Origin: Rhodanobacteraceae bacterium
GTDB taxonomy: Bacteria > Pseudomonadota > Gammaproteobacteria > Xanthomonadales > SZUA-5
Length of the DNA: 64,000 nucleotides
Assembly: GCA_031425695.1 (NCBI GenBank)
Contig: JANPJV010000185.1
Coordinates: 2,234-66,233, forward strand
Reading direction: 5' to 3'
In this document: one piece after another, positions 38,601 to 47,426 of the stretch
Layout: every line of letters starts with the position of its first letter
Position numbering within the stretch: the first letter of the stretch is position 1
Made by a program: the position numbers and the translations under genes
Notes under the pieces: model-generated
Databases searched by the model: none
The model's input: only the letters and a program-made list of their open reading frames with translations
What the model was told of the DNA's origin: nothing

Positions 38601-39850
38601 GGTATGTGCTGCTGATCGATGGGCTCGCGCAGGTCGCATCACGCGCAATGGCGGCGCTCGGCCTCACCACCGACCTCGAGAGCGGCCGGCCCTGGCTCGT
38701 CTATGCCGACCTGCATCTGCTGCTGATGGCGCTCAGTGCCATCGGCTTCCTGCTGCTGGCACGCAGGCTGTCGCTGCCGGCGCTGCGCTGGGTCGCGGCA
38801 CCCGCGGCGATCGTGCAGGCGCTCGCCAGCCTGGTGCTGCTCGGCATGCTCAATGGCGACGCGCGCCTGCCGTACCTTGGGACCTTCGTCGCGATCGCCG
38901 GCATGTGGCTGGCGATGGCCTGGTGCCTGCGCTACTGGCGCGGCGCCGAGCGTGATCGCGCGCACGGCGGGATCGGCCGCGAGGCTGATCCCGAGCAGGG
39001 CTGGGAGGCCGGGCCGCTGCTCCTGCGCCTGCTGCATTTCGGCCGGGTCATTGCGCCCTGGATGATGATCGCGCCGGTGGTGTCGTTGAATGTCTACCGC
39101 GGGCTCGCAGTGCCTCCCACCGCCGGGCACACCGGCCTCGAAAGCTGGTTGATCCCGGGGATGTGGCCGGATTATCTCGGCGCCTGGGCGGCCATCGCGG
39201 CGCTGTTCCTGCTGCTGCGCCAGGCGCGCGTCGGTGGCTGGCCGCTGCACCCGCTGCACGAGTGGCATGGAAAGGTGATCCTCCCGCTCGGCGCGTTCTG
39301 GGCGCTGCTGCTCGCGGTCTATTGGAACCTGCGCCAGGACGGGAGCATGGCACCGCTGCCCTACCTGCCGATCCTGAATCCGCTCGACCTGACCACCGGT
39401 TTCGTGACACTGCTGCTCGCCGATCTCTGGCGCATGCACCGCGCTGCCATGGACGCGACCCAAGTGCATATGCTGCGCCGGCTCGCGTTGCTGCTCGGCT
39501 TCGCCTGGTTCAACCTGATGCTGCTGCGCACAGCGGCGGCGTATCTCGGCATCCCCTACCAATTCGATGATCTCTACGCGTCGCAGTTCGTCCAGGCCAT
39601 GCTGTCGCTGGTATGGACCCTGAGCGCCTTCGCGGTCATGCGTTTCGCTGCCGGCCGCGGCTACAAACGCCTGTGGATGGTTGGCGCTGCACTGCTCGCG
39701 GTGGTCGTGCTGAAACTGTTCCTGATCGATCTCAAGACTATTGGCAGCGTCGCGCGCATCGTCTCATTCATGGGCGTGGGTGGGCTGATGCTGTTGATCG
39801 GCTACCTCGCGCCATTGCCGCGCGAGGATGCCGCCGAGGAGCCCGCATGA
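35645..39850 (+). CDS. DUF2339 polytopic membrane protein
   Basis: Pro-rich N-terminal region, WLFGGN.VAKIG, GGFAVPILLSTGGGSH, WALEGAG..W.G, C-terminal LKLFLIDL......RIVSF.GVG. Confidence 0.92.
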   Translation: MEVLGLFAVLFCLYLLVAPLIAWVQSSNAKSRAEEANAALRAQGLLLKDLQKQVASLREELRTAAGRVAPATTTELDERGAVIEVPVPPRAAAERTPATPQRVAEPRPEEKAIAAGAAPTKTPKPRPAFDPADFGVPAAVPNAPAPAAPEFDLIDFVPPQVAPPPVFDLPQVPVWEIAPVERAVPAEAVSGPAVFEIGIEPAEASASTQVRNEVEQPRERVDEAARQAAPGPKPVWTPKPPPNVPPGTPRPPRPSAPQAPSDLQQGLAGLLTAAKGWLFGGNLVAKIGLLILFIGIAFLLRLASAHVEVPIELRLAAIAGGAIALLVWGWRIRDQRPGIALPVQGAALAILMLVTFGAFKLYHLIPAGPTFALLLVLVAFTCILAVLQDALWLAIFGITGGFAVPILLSTGGGSHIALFSYYALLNAGILAIALRRSWRVLNVLGFLFTFIIGTAWGTRSYAPEHYQSTQAFLVLFLLFYIAIAVIYAWREAPRLKSYVDGTLVFGVPTVAMGLQYGLVKDMHLGMAFSAVALGMLYAAIASVLWRIKRDNLRLLVESFFALAVVFGTLAIPLAFDGRWTSAAWALEGAGIIWIGLRQRQPLVWRFGMLVQIGSWFAFLRTLIGFDPISALANNVGLGFLLLGATGVFLALTFRQHVLGGDDSERQERARFGGYAGVFMCIAVVWLLSGMWVEIWLRTRGVDRATLYVLTALLLVYGLQFIGRRSRWTVPDKLGGWVTAIAGVTFLGLMGRYMDWHDVDVYAQTTFAEVLGQGSFFGGLLLSAGALVSAFAFKRRVVDLEKEVLDTASAVRSSGLWYSLAMFWWCGFALHGLAHAVSWLTTPAAGEVAPWYQISFWAAYTVGLALSAWAWTWLAERQGFAHARKLVLVFWPLASAIAAWVFIVHAADHNAADHLLDFNWNNALADASLGALMRDWLGGPLSGALILIALAWAGVLRSGLARGRIELADDERARSLGIWLSGLGICWYVLLIDGLAQVASRAMAALGLTTDLESGRPWLVYADLHLLLMALSAIGFLLLARRLSLPALRWVAAPAAIVQALASLVLLGMLNGDARLPYLGTFVAIAGMWLAMAWCLRYWRGAERDRAHGGIGREADPEQGWEAGPLLLRLLHFGRVIAPWMMIAPVVSLNVYRGLAVPPTAGHTGLESWLIPGMWPDYLGAWAAIAALFLLLRQARVGGWPLHPLHEWHGKVILPLGAFWALLLAVYWNLRQDGSMAPLPYLPILNPLDLTTGFVTLLLADLWRMHRAAMDATQVHMLRRLALLLGFAWFNLMLLRTAAAYLGIPYQFDDLYASQFVQAMLSLVWTLSAFAVMRFAAGRGYKRLWMVGAALLAVVVLKLFLIDLKTIGSVARIVSFMGVGGLMLLIGYLAPLPREDAAEEPA

Positions 39851-41289
39851 AGCTGATCTGGGTGGCGGTGACCCTGGCCGCAAGCGCGGCACCGGTACTG
39901 GCGCAGCGGAGCATGCCGACGCCGGCTGATTTTGCATTGCAGATCCCGCTTGCCGTGAGTGGCAAGAACGGCGTGGTGCAGTTGCGCCTGCCGCAGATGG
40001 TCTACACGCAGGCACGCAGCAGCACGCTCGACGACCTGCGCGTCTTCAACAGCGCCGGGGAGACGCTGCCCTTCGCCTTCTTCGAACCGATCCCGCCCCC
40101 GCGGGCAGCGCGCGAAGTGCATCTGCGCGACGCGTCGACCACGCTCTTTCCGGTGCGGGCTGCGCGCGGGACGAGCGGGGCGCAGGACCTGCAGCTCGAA
40201 GTGAAAGCCGCGCCCGATGGCTCGCTGCTGTCGATCTCAGCCGAACGCAGCGGCGGCACCGCCACCGAGGCGCTGACGGCATTGATCGTCGACCTGGGGC
40301 CGAGCAATGCACGCGAGGACCTGGATGCGCTCAAGTTCGAGGCGCCGGCTGAGGTGCGCGACTATCGCGCCACGCTCGCCATCGAGCGCAGCGAAGACCT
40401 GAAGCTCTGGGATACCGTTGCGCACAGCAACGTCGATTGGCTGAGCAGCGCCGCCGACGCGCGGCTCATCAATGATCGCATCGAGATTCCCAGGAGCTTT
40501 GGCCGCTACCTGCGCATCCGCTGGCTCGAAGGCGAGCCGCGGGTGTTCGCCGCCGTGCGTGCACGCTGGCGCGGCAGCGCCGATGTCGTCGAGAGCGAGC
40601 GTGCCGAACCCTTCTACCAGCTGCGCCTGCCGGCACAACCGGGCCGGGTCGCGGGCGACTTCGTCTATCTGAGCAGCCCGGCGATCGCTGCGACCGAAAT
40701 CGGCCTCGAGCTCGCCCAGCCCAATTCGGTCGTCCCGGTGGCGATCGGCTTCTACCGCGAGCTGCCCGGTCGCAAGCCGGCGTGGATGCTCGAGCCGCAC
40801 CTTCAGAACACCTTCTACCGGCTCAGCATCGACAGCCAGGAGCGCCGCTCGAGCCGGCTTGCGATCGCGCCGCTCGCGGGCAGCGAATGGGTGGTCCGGC
40901 AGCTCGAAGCCGCACCGCAGTCGCGCCCGCCTGAACTGGTGTTGCGCTGGAAGCCACGCACGCTGGTTTTCAATGCCCGCGGAACCGGCTTCATGCTGGC
41001 CTTTGGCGCTGACCCGGCGCGCGCGCAAAGCTATCTCGGTGGCGCCGCCGGATTGGAGCGCGTCGCCCCGGGATTCAACGCAGCCGAGCTCAGCGCCTTG
41101 GAGGCCGCCGTTCCCGGCGCTCCGAGCGTCCCGCCCCGCAGCGCCACGCCGCCGCCCGCAACCCCCGCGGCCTCGCCTCCCGATGGCGTTGACCAGCGCA
41201 AGCTGCTGCTCTGGTCGGTGCTCATCCTCGCTGTGCTGGTGCTAGCCGGCATGAGCTGGCGGCTGTTCAAGCAGATGGGGGAGCGGTAA
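39847..41289 (+). CDS. DUF3999 family protein
   Basis: Signal peptide; DDLRVFNSAGE.LPFA; C-terminal LLWSVL..VLVLAGM.WRL TM; usual partner of DUF2339; ATGA overlap. Confidence 0.88.
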   Translation: MKLIWVAVTLAASAAPVLAQRSMPTPADFALQIPLAVSGKNGVVQLRLPQMVYTQARSSTLDDLRVFNSAGETLPFAFFEPIPPPRAAREVHLRDASTTLFPVRAARGTSGAQDLQLEVKAAPDGSLLSISAERSGGTATEALTALIVDLGPSNAREDLDALKFEAPAEVRDYRATLAIERSEDLKLWDTVAHSNVDWLSSAADARLINDRIEIPRSFGRYLRIRWLEGEPRVFAAVRARWRGSADVVESERAEPFYQLRLPAQPGRVAGDFVYLSSPAIAATEIGLELAQPNSVVPVAIGFYRELPGRKPAWMLEPHLQNTFYRLSIDSQERRSSRLAIAPLAGSEWVVRQLEAAPQSRPPELVLRWKPRTLVFNARGTGFMLAFGADPARAQSYLGGAAGLERVAPGFNAAELSALEAAVPGAPSVPPRSATPPPATPAASPPDGVDQRKLLLWSVLILAVLVLAGMSWRLFKQMGER

Positions 41290-41314
41290 CGGCTGGTGGG
41301 TCTGTATTGCTGGC

Positions 41315-41446
41315 GCTCTTGCCTGCGTGGGTTCGGACCTTGTCCGAACGCTTTTCTGGTGCTCTTGCCTGCGTGGGTTCGGACCTTGTCCGAACGCTTT
41401 TCCTGCCGGCTGGAGGTAGAAGCGTCCGGACAAGGTCCGGACCCAC
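41315..41446. repeat. REP cluster, family A, with duplicated left arm
   Basis: gctcttgcctgcgtgggttcggaccttgtccgaacgcttttc twice, then agcgtccggacaaggtccggacccac. Confidence 0.9.
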
Positions 41447-41460
41447 GCAAAGCAACTTGC

Positions 41461-41670
41461 TCAAACGCCGTTCAAGCGCCCGCCGTTCACGCCTTGCTGC
41501 ACAGTGGAATCACTCTTGCTGCGGGAAATGCCTTCGGCATATTCGCGCGCGTCCTGTTCCTGGTCGAACGATGCGAGCGGCTTCTCGAAGCCCTCTTCGC
41601 ACACATTCCATTGCCCATTCTGGCCCTGCACCACGCAGAACACGGTCGCGCCTTTCTGGTCGAATCCCAT
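41461..41670 (-). CDS. Small protein, DUF2188-like
   Basis: VV...GQW.V..EG.......FD....A.EYA..I pattern; aggag RBS upstream. Confidence 0.7.
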   Translation of the reverse strand: MGFDQKGATVFCVVQGQNGQWNVCEEGFEKPLASFDQEQDAREYAEGISRSKSDSTVQQGVNGGRLNGV

Positions 41671-41769
41671 GACACAACTCCTGGCTGAGGGGATATTTGG
41701 AAGCCAAGCTTGCTACGGCAGACGTCATGATTCTGTACGCTCGCGCACATGTGGGTCCCGAGGATGAGC

Positions 41770-42372
41770 TCAGCCGCGTCGGCGATTTTCGTAGCGCAGG
41801 CGCAGCACCGCGATGACATATGCAGCCGCCACGGCGAGCGGCAGCAACCACGCGACGTGGCCCGGGAAGGCCAACTGCACGGCGAGCGCAGTCACGGGCG
41901 CGCCGATGCCGAGGCCGGTATAGCCGGCGCTCTTGTAGAGCCAGCCATACGGCAGGAAATGCGAGCCGAAGAGCACGCCGAAGGCGAACGGGACGTAGGC
42001 GGGCGCCAGCGCGTAGACCAGGATCAGCACCGGCCAGTAGAAAAACTGCACGCCATTGAGCAGCCCGCCGAGGCCGTTGAGCGGATGACCCTTGGCCATC
42101 AGGTCGCCGCCGGCGAGGTGCGTGAACCACCAGCCGAGGGGGAACACCACGCCGGTCGCGAAAAAGCTCAGCAAGGCCGCCGTCTTGGGCGGTTGGAACC
42201 AGCCGAGCGCGGCGAAGGCGAGCCAGAACAGGGTGCCGGCAATGGGCATGCCGATACCGCGCTGCGTGATGCGCGCGGCCTCGTCGCGCAGGTCATCGAG
42301 AACGCGTGCCGCGTGGGGGTCGCGCATCGGCAGGGCCGGGGCGCGGTCGAGCGGTCGCGTCAGGGCATTCAT
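41770..42372 (-). CDS. Uncharacterised membrane protein (DUF7010-like)
   Basis: About 6 TMs; G..MPIAG...W, NGLGG, FGSHFLPYGWLYKS..Y. Confidence 0.8.
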   Translation of the reverse strand: MNALTRPLDRAPALPMRDPHAARVLDDLRDEAARITQRGIGMPIAGTLFWLAFAALGWFQPPKTAALLSFFATGVVFPLGWWFTHLAGGDLMAKGHPLNGLGGLLNGVQFFYWPVLILVYALAPAYVPFAFGVLFGSHFLPYGWLYKSAGYTGLGIGAPVTALAVQLAFPGHVAWLLPLAVAAAYVIAVLRLRYENRRRG

Positions 42373-42550
42373 GGGGGCCTCTTGAGTCGTGGTTGGGTGG
42401 CCCGAAGCCTGCGCGTCCACGCTTTCCCTACCCAGTGGGAGGCGTCAACCGCTCGAGTTGACAGCTGTCAGCCCGTTGCGCGGCTCGAGAACCTGGCGGG
42501 CCTGCCTGCGGCTATGCTCGGCCATCGACAAGAATCTTGAGGGCACGCGC

Positions 42551-42967
42551 ATGTGGCAGTCGGCGGAAACATCCTTGCAGGGCCTGCCAGCCTTCCTGGC
42601 TTACTTTGGCGTCTCGCTGGGCCTGATCGCGCTGTTCCTGCTGATCTACACGCTGCTGACGCCGCAGCGCGAGTTCACCCTGATCCGCCTCAACAACAAT
42701 GCCGCCGCCACCGCGCTTGGTGGCTCGCTGCTTGGCTTTGCACTGCCGCTGCACGGGGCCATCACCAACGCGATCAGCCTGTTCGATTGCATGCTCTGGG
42801 GCCTGATCGCCGTGCTGATCCAGTCACTGACCTTCCTGCTGTTACGCCTGGTTCTGAGCGGCCTGCCCGACCGCATCGCACGCGGCGAGCAGGCGGCCGG
42901 AACCTTCGTTGCCGCGGCATCGATCAGCGTCGGACTGCTGAACGCCGCCTCCATGACGTATTACTGA
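42551..42967 (+). CDS. DUF350 (YjfL-like) membrane protein
   Basis: IYT.LTP..EF.LIR.NN.AAA..LGG.LLGFALPL; SISVGLLNAASM. Confidence 0.92.
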   Translation: MWQSAETSLQGLPAFLAYFGVSLGLIALFLLIYTLLTPQREFTLIRLNNNAAATALGGSLLGFALPLHGAITNAISLFDCMLWGLIAVLIQSLTFLLLRLVLSGLPDRIARGEQAAGTFVAAASISVGLLNAASMTYY

Positions 42968-42976
42968 TCGATTGAG

Positions 42977-43052
42977 GTAGCCCGGGTAAGCGCAGCGCAC
43001 CCGGGAAACCCCCGCGACATTTCCCCGGGTGCGCTGCGCTTACCCGGGCTAC
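42977..43052. repeat. REP doublet (GTAGCCCGGGTAAGCGCAGCGCACCCGGG)
   Basis: Perfect 29-bp inverted arms between convergent genes. Confidence 0.92.
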
Positions 43053-44449
43053 GGGTTCCCGGATCGCCGCCCCATGATCGCCCGCCGAATCCCCGCGTCC
43101 GGCGCCGCGTCATCGAACCCCTTGACCTGCCGCCGGGCATCCAGCTCGATGCCGAGTTCGCGGTAAAGCGGGTCGAGATCGGGGAAGTTCATCGCGGACT
43201 CGGCGCGTGCGGCCGCCGGCGCGAATACCGTTTCGCCGGTAAGGCGGTCGAGCTCGCGGGCGAATTCGGTCGGGGTCCACGGGCGCAGGGCGGGCAGGCA
43301 GCAGTCGGCAAAGGCGGCGAGCGCGCGGTCGAGGTTCTGGCGTCCCTGCGTGCGCTGGCGCAGCTCCACATCAGCCGCCAGCCAGAATGCCGCCCCGGAC
43401 CAGTAGACGCGCATGTAGGCGCGCGAATCGTGCATGCCGGTGGCGACCTCGCTCAGCGGCTGGTCGCGCGCGGGATGCTTGCGGCCGCGTTCGAAACCAG
43501 CGACCAGCCTCTCCCAGGCCTCCGCGGGCGGCAGTACGCCACCGCGGGCGCGCAGGACGTTCTGCAGGTACGAGGCCAGGCCCTCGCCCATCCAGCTGCC
43601 GCGCGCACCCAGGTACGGGTGCAGCAGGTGGCTGACCTCGTGCGCGCCGGTCCAGTCTTCGATGAAGCTGGCCTGCGTCTCCTCGAGGTTGACGAAGAAG
43701 TGCACGCCACCGAGCCCGCCGCGATAAACCTGTCCCCACGGAACCGGACCGCCGCCGCGCGCGGTCGGCACCACCAGCGCCTGCACCTGGGGCAGCGGCA
43801 AGCCGCCGACCATGCCGTCGAGCAGGTCCGCCAGGTGGGACACCCAAGCGTGCATGCGCGTGCGCTCGGCGGGCGCCAGCTTGCCGAGGACGGCGAGCTG
43901 CAGGCGATCCTTGCCGCGTGCAATGACCTGCCCGGGTGTGCGCGTGAAGGCGGTCAGCGCCGGCCAGTAGCGTGGCCAGCTGCCGAGCGTGTAGACCGCC
44001 CGCCGGGGATCCGGCTGCGGCCAGGGCGCGCTGAAATACCAGCCATTCGGCAGCGTCATCACGAGCTGCATGTCGACGCGGCGGCTCGGCGGCCACCACA
44101 GCCAGCTGGCCGGCCACAGCAACAGGTCGGGCCCGACCCGATAGCCATGGTCATTGCCATTGCGGTCGGCCAGGCGGCCGAGCGCCACCGCATAGCTCGC
44201 ACAGCCCGCTTCCCGGGCGCTCAGGCGCTCGCGACCAACGGCGGTGTCCCAGACATTCGGGTCGAGCGGGACGAGATAGTCGTGGGCGTGAGCTTCCAGC
44301 GATTCGAGCAGCACACGCTCACCGGCCGGCGGGCAGACTTCGACCTCGAGGGTTTCGCTCGCTTCGGAAAATCTTGCCGCATAACGCCAGTCAGCGGCGC
44401 TGGCCGCCAGCGAGCTCGCCAGGAGGAGGGCGTGGCTGAAGTAAGCCAC
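43049..44449 (-). CDS. Secreted HExxH metallopeptidase (M61/gluzincin-like); start uncertain
   Basis: Signal-like HALLLASSLAASAA; AHEVSH...WMGEGLASY; VYWSGA..W...DVELR. Confidence 0.82.
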   Translation of the reverse strand: MAYFSHALLLASSLAASAADWRYAARFSEASETLEVEVCPPAGERVLLESLEAHAHDYLVPLDPNVWDTAVGRERLSAREAGCASYAVALGRLADRNGNDHGYRVGPDLLLWPASWLWWPPSRRVDMQLVMTLPNGWYFSAPWPQPDPRRAVYTLGSWPRYWPALTAFTRTPGQVIARGKDRLQLAVLGKLAPAERTRMHAWVSHLADLLDGMVGGLPLPQVQALVVPTARGGGPVPWGQVYRGGLGGVHFFVNLEETQASFIEDWTGAHEVSHLLHPYLGARGSWMGEGLASYLQNVLRARGGVLPPAEAWERLVAGFERGRKHPARDQPLSEVATGMHDSRAYMRVYWSGAAFWLAADVELRQRTQGRQNLDRALAAFADCCLPALRPWTPTEFARELDRLTGETVFAPAAARAESAMNFPDLDPLYRELGIELDARRQVKGFDDAAPDAGIRRAIMGRRSGNP

Positions 44450-44520
44450 GCAGCGCAGCGGCCGTCTCCGGCAATCTGAAGCCCGCGTGCGGTCACGGCC
44501 CATCGGAGCGCTTGCCGGGC

Positions 44521-45141
44521 TCAGGCTTTTGCCCGCATGGGCGCCGCTGCGGGCGCAGGGCCGGACTCGCGCGCGATCCATGCATCGCGAAGGCGTTCGC
44601 GTGCACGGTGCACCACCCGATGAAAGTGGGCCGCGTCGATTCCGAGCGCCGAGCAGACCTCGTCACGGGTTTCCTCGAGAAAATAGAAGCGCCGGAGAAG
44701 TTCGCGGTCGCGCATCACCGGCAGGGACTCGACGAGGCCGCGGAGCAATCTCGATTGTTCCTCCTGGGCCCGCTGGACGGCAGGATCGGCACCGGCCGCC
44801 GAAGGATCGGCCATCGCGTCAGGATCGACGCCACTCGAAAACGCTGCACCCATTCGATAATGGGCCCGACAACGGTTGCTGATCGCCACCTGCAGGTAAT
44901 GCGGCAGGGCCTGCGGATCCTCGATCAATCCGCAGCGGAGTCTCTCGACAATATCGGCGAGCACTTCCTGGGCGATGTCTTCGGCGAGGGGTTCGTTGGG
45001 TCGGCAATGGCGCTTGACGAGCGCGCGCACGGGACGTTCGTAGCGCAGCGCGAGCGCCTGCTCCGCCAGCCGATCGCCTCTGCGGATGCGATCGACCAAG
45101 GTTGCCAAGTCTGCGTCCATTCGAGCGTCCGCCGCTCCCAT
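44521..45141 (-). CDS. ECF-type sigma-70 factor
   Basis: RIRRGD..AEQ.L, AEDIAQEVL (region 2); LP..RDRELLRRFY...V.RARERLR (region 4). Confidence 0.88.
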   Translation of the reverse strand: MGAADARMDADLATLVDRIRRGDRLAEQALALRYERPVRALVKRHCRPNEPLAEDIAQEVLADIVERLRCGLIEDPQALPHYLQVAISNRCRAHYRMGAAFSSGVDPDAMADPSAAGADPAVQRAQEEQSRLLRGLVESLPVMRDRELLRRFYFLEETRDEVCSALGIDAAHFHRVVHRARERLRDAWIARESGPAPAAAPMRAKA

Positions 45142-45413
45142 GACCAGGTAGCTTCCAATGCATCGGATCGGTCTTCAACTTAACACAGGCGGTGTGACAC
45201 TTGGTGTCATTGCCAGCCCCGGTGGGAATTCGGCGCGACAGCCTGAATTCAGCCACCGGGCTCAATGACAATGTTGCCGTGGCGGCAGTTACTGCAGTCG
45301 CTGCCGCGCAGTTGCGCGGTTTTGGGGAGTCAGCGGCGCCTCCGTCAACATTAATCGGCCTTCATCTCGTTACTCGTAAATGAACCTTTGCCGTGACCTT
45401 CGACAGTGGACAT

Positions 45414-45441
45414 GGAACTTTTGCTGTTGCACCCTATCTAT
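45414..45441 (+). promoter_or_regulatory. Putative sigmaE (RpoE)-type promoter
   Basis: GGAACTT-N16-TCTAT matches the GAACTT-N16-TCTRA consensus and lies about 6 nt before the first sRNA hairpin. Confidence 0.55.
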
Positions 45442-45447
45442 GGGTTC

Positions 45448-45575
45448 GGGCCAACTCAGTTTGGCCCGGTTCACTCCTCCCCTGAAGTGAACCTTCCTAG
45501 ATCTCCAGGTCTTCCCCAACCTGGTTATCTGACCCCCGGCCCCGAGCGCCCCCCAACGCTCGGGGCCAACTTTTT
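45448..45575 (+). ncRNA. Candidate sX13-like small RNA (multiple stem-loops with C-rich loops)
   Basis: Hairpins gggccaa/ttggccc; ggttcac-tcctcccctgaa-gtgaacc; ccaggt-cttccccca-type loop-acctgg; ggccccgagcg-ccccccaa-cgctcggggcc followed by a U-tract. Confidence 0.68.
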
Positions 45576-45616
45576 GTGGGGCGGCGAAAGGCCGATTCCC
45601 AATCCTGGTTCTCGAC

Positions 45617-47227
45617 ATGACAGCCCCGTACGCGCCGTTTCTTCCGGCTGTGGCGATCGCCTGGAGCGCGCTCGCGGTCGCACCCGGCCTGTCGGAGCCA
45701 GTCAAATTGTGTGGATTGCTGCTGGTCGCGGCCGCCTTGGTCGGCAGCGTGCGGATCGATGTTTTCTCGCAGACAACCAACCGAGTGTTCACCGGCTATC
45801 TGGTGAGCCTGCTGATCGCGACGCTGCTCGCCAGGGAACCGGCGATCGCGCTGTCCGGCACTGTCGGGCGTGCCCAGGGACTGCTCGCCAGCCTCGGCCT
45901 GGTCATCGTTGTCGCTGCAGCGGCGAACCTGGACGAACGCTGGCGCACCCGCACCATCGTCGTCACCGTCCTGGTCGGGCTGCTGGTGGGATCGATGGCG
46001 CTGTTGCAACGCGCCGGCCTCGATCCGCTGGGCTGGACCGCGGCGATTCCAGCACGCCCGGCTGCGACCCTCAGCAACGCCAGTGTGCTGGCTGGCTTTC
46101 TCGGGCTCTGCCTGCTACTCGCGTTGTGGCTTTCGTGGTCGCGGCCGCGCGCCCGCAGCCGGTGGCTGATCGCGGCGGGCGTGCTGTTCGCGGGCTTGCT
46201 CGCCAGTGGCAATCGCAGCATGCCGATCGCGCTCGCGCTGACCGGCCTGATGCTCGCGCTGCTGCAGGCGCGCTGGCGCGCCTGGCGGTTGCCGGTGCTG
46301 GCGCTGGTCGTGCTGCTGACCGGTGCGCTCGCGAGCCAGCGCATCGAGTCCCTGCACGACCGCAGCGTGCTCTGGCGGGCAGCCGCCCATACCATCGGCA
46401 CGCCGCCGCGGGTCGTCGATCTTTCCGGGCAGGCGGATGCGTTGCAGCGCTGGCGCCCCTGGATTGGTTACGGTCCCGACCAGCAACAGGCGCCGCTGCG
46501 GCTGCAGTTGTCGGGACTGCGCCCCGACGCCGCCGTCATGCAGGCCGACCGCGCCCATCAGTTGCTGCTCGACCGCGTGCTCGAAAGCGGCTGGCTCGGC
46601 CTCGCCGCGGGCCTGGCGCTGTGCCTGCTGGTTGCCGCCCGGCTCTGGCCGCGACTGTGGCAAGCGCCGTCCGCTGACCGCACCGAAGCCGTCGCCCTGG
46701 CGTGCGCGCTCGGCGCCTGGCTGCTGCACCTGCAGATGAATTTTGCCTTGACCGGAGACCGCACACTCGCGTTCGTGCTGATCGGCTTCGCGCTGGCGCC
46801 GCCGGGTGCACGCATGGCGTCGAGCGCGCGCGGCTGGCCGCTGCTGCACGCCTCGGCGATGCTGGTGTTGCTTGCCGGGGCGGCGTTCGCGCTGCTCGGG
46901 CCGGCGGTACAGGCCGAGCGGATCTTTGTCGCCGGGCAGCAGCGTTACGCGCAGGCCCTGACCGCCGAGCCGGTGCCTGCCGCCCGGCAGCTGACCGACG
47001 CCGCCCGCCTCTTCGAGCAGGTTGCTGCGCTGCGCCGTTTCGACACCGACGCCGCGCTCGCCGCCGCCAGCGCGTGGATCGAGGCCGCCGCGATTTCCGG
47101 CGAGCAGGCCAACATCGATGCCGCGCGGCAGTGGCTCGCCCGCGCCCGCGCGGTCGATCCCCGCGATCCGCGTCTGCAGCCGGTCGAGGAACGGATCGCG
47201 CGGGTGCAAGCGGCGCTGGGACCGTGA
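45617..47227 (+). CDS. O-antigen ligase (Wzy_C)-like membrane protein with C-terminal TPR-like region
   Basis: Many TMs; RP.ATLSNA..LAG, LLASGNRS, R..LW..A, RPWIGYG, DRAH...LD...ESGWLG. Confidence 0.8.
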   Translation: MTAPYAPFLPAVAIAWSALAVAPGLSEPVKLCGLLLVAAALVGSVRIDVFSQTTNRVFTGYLVSLLIATLLAREPAIALSGTVGRAQGLLASLGLVIVVAAAANLDERWRTRTIVVTVLVGLLVGSMALLQRAGLDPLGWTAAIPARPAATLSNASVLAGFLGLCLLLALWLSWSRPRARSRWLIAAGVLFAGLLASGNRSMPIALALTGLMLALLQARWRAWRLPVLALVVLLTGALASQRIESLHDRSVLWRAAAHTIGTPPRVVDLSGQADALQRWRPWIGYGPDQQQAPLRLQLSGLRPDAAVMQADRAHQLLLDRVLESGWLGLAAGLALCLLVAARLWPRLWQAPSADRTEAVALACALGAWLLHLQMNFALTGDRTLAFVLIGFALAPPGARMASSARGWPLLHASAMLVLLAGAAFALLGPAVQAERIFVAGQQRYAQALTAEPVPAARQLTDAARLFEQVAALRRFDTDAALAAASAWIEAAAISGEQANIDAARQWLARARAVDPRDPRLQPVEERIARVQAALGP

Positions 47228-47230
47228 TTT

Positions 47231-47312
47231 TTGGAGGGCGGCACTCCCGCGCCGCTGCTCTGCGGTTCTCCAAGCTGCACGCAACAGCGGCGGCGCAGGA
47301 GCGCCGCCCTCC
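47231..47312. repeat. REP-like doublet (GGAGGGCGGC family)
   Basis: ggagggcggcactcccgcgccgc ... gcggcgcaggagcgccgccctcc. Confidence 0.78.
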
Positions 47313-47426
47313 TCAGCAGCAATAGCGGCGGCACGGGAGCGCTGTCGTCCCCAGTCGCAACAGTCCAAGGTTGACCACTTGGCCCAAAGCGTCCAACCTT
47401 CGCGCCCACTCATTGCAGCAGCACCC

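Noticed and set aside
45380-45490. Short Cys-rich ORF (MNLCRDLRQWTWNFCCC...) as a RiPP precursor, and the 423-aa ORF from 45406
   Set aside because: No RBS, atypical codon use and no modifying enzymes nearby; the region is better explained by a promoter plus structured RNA.
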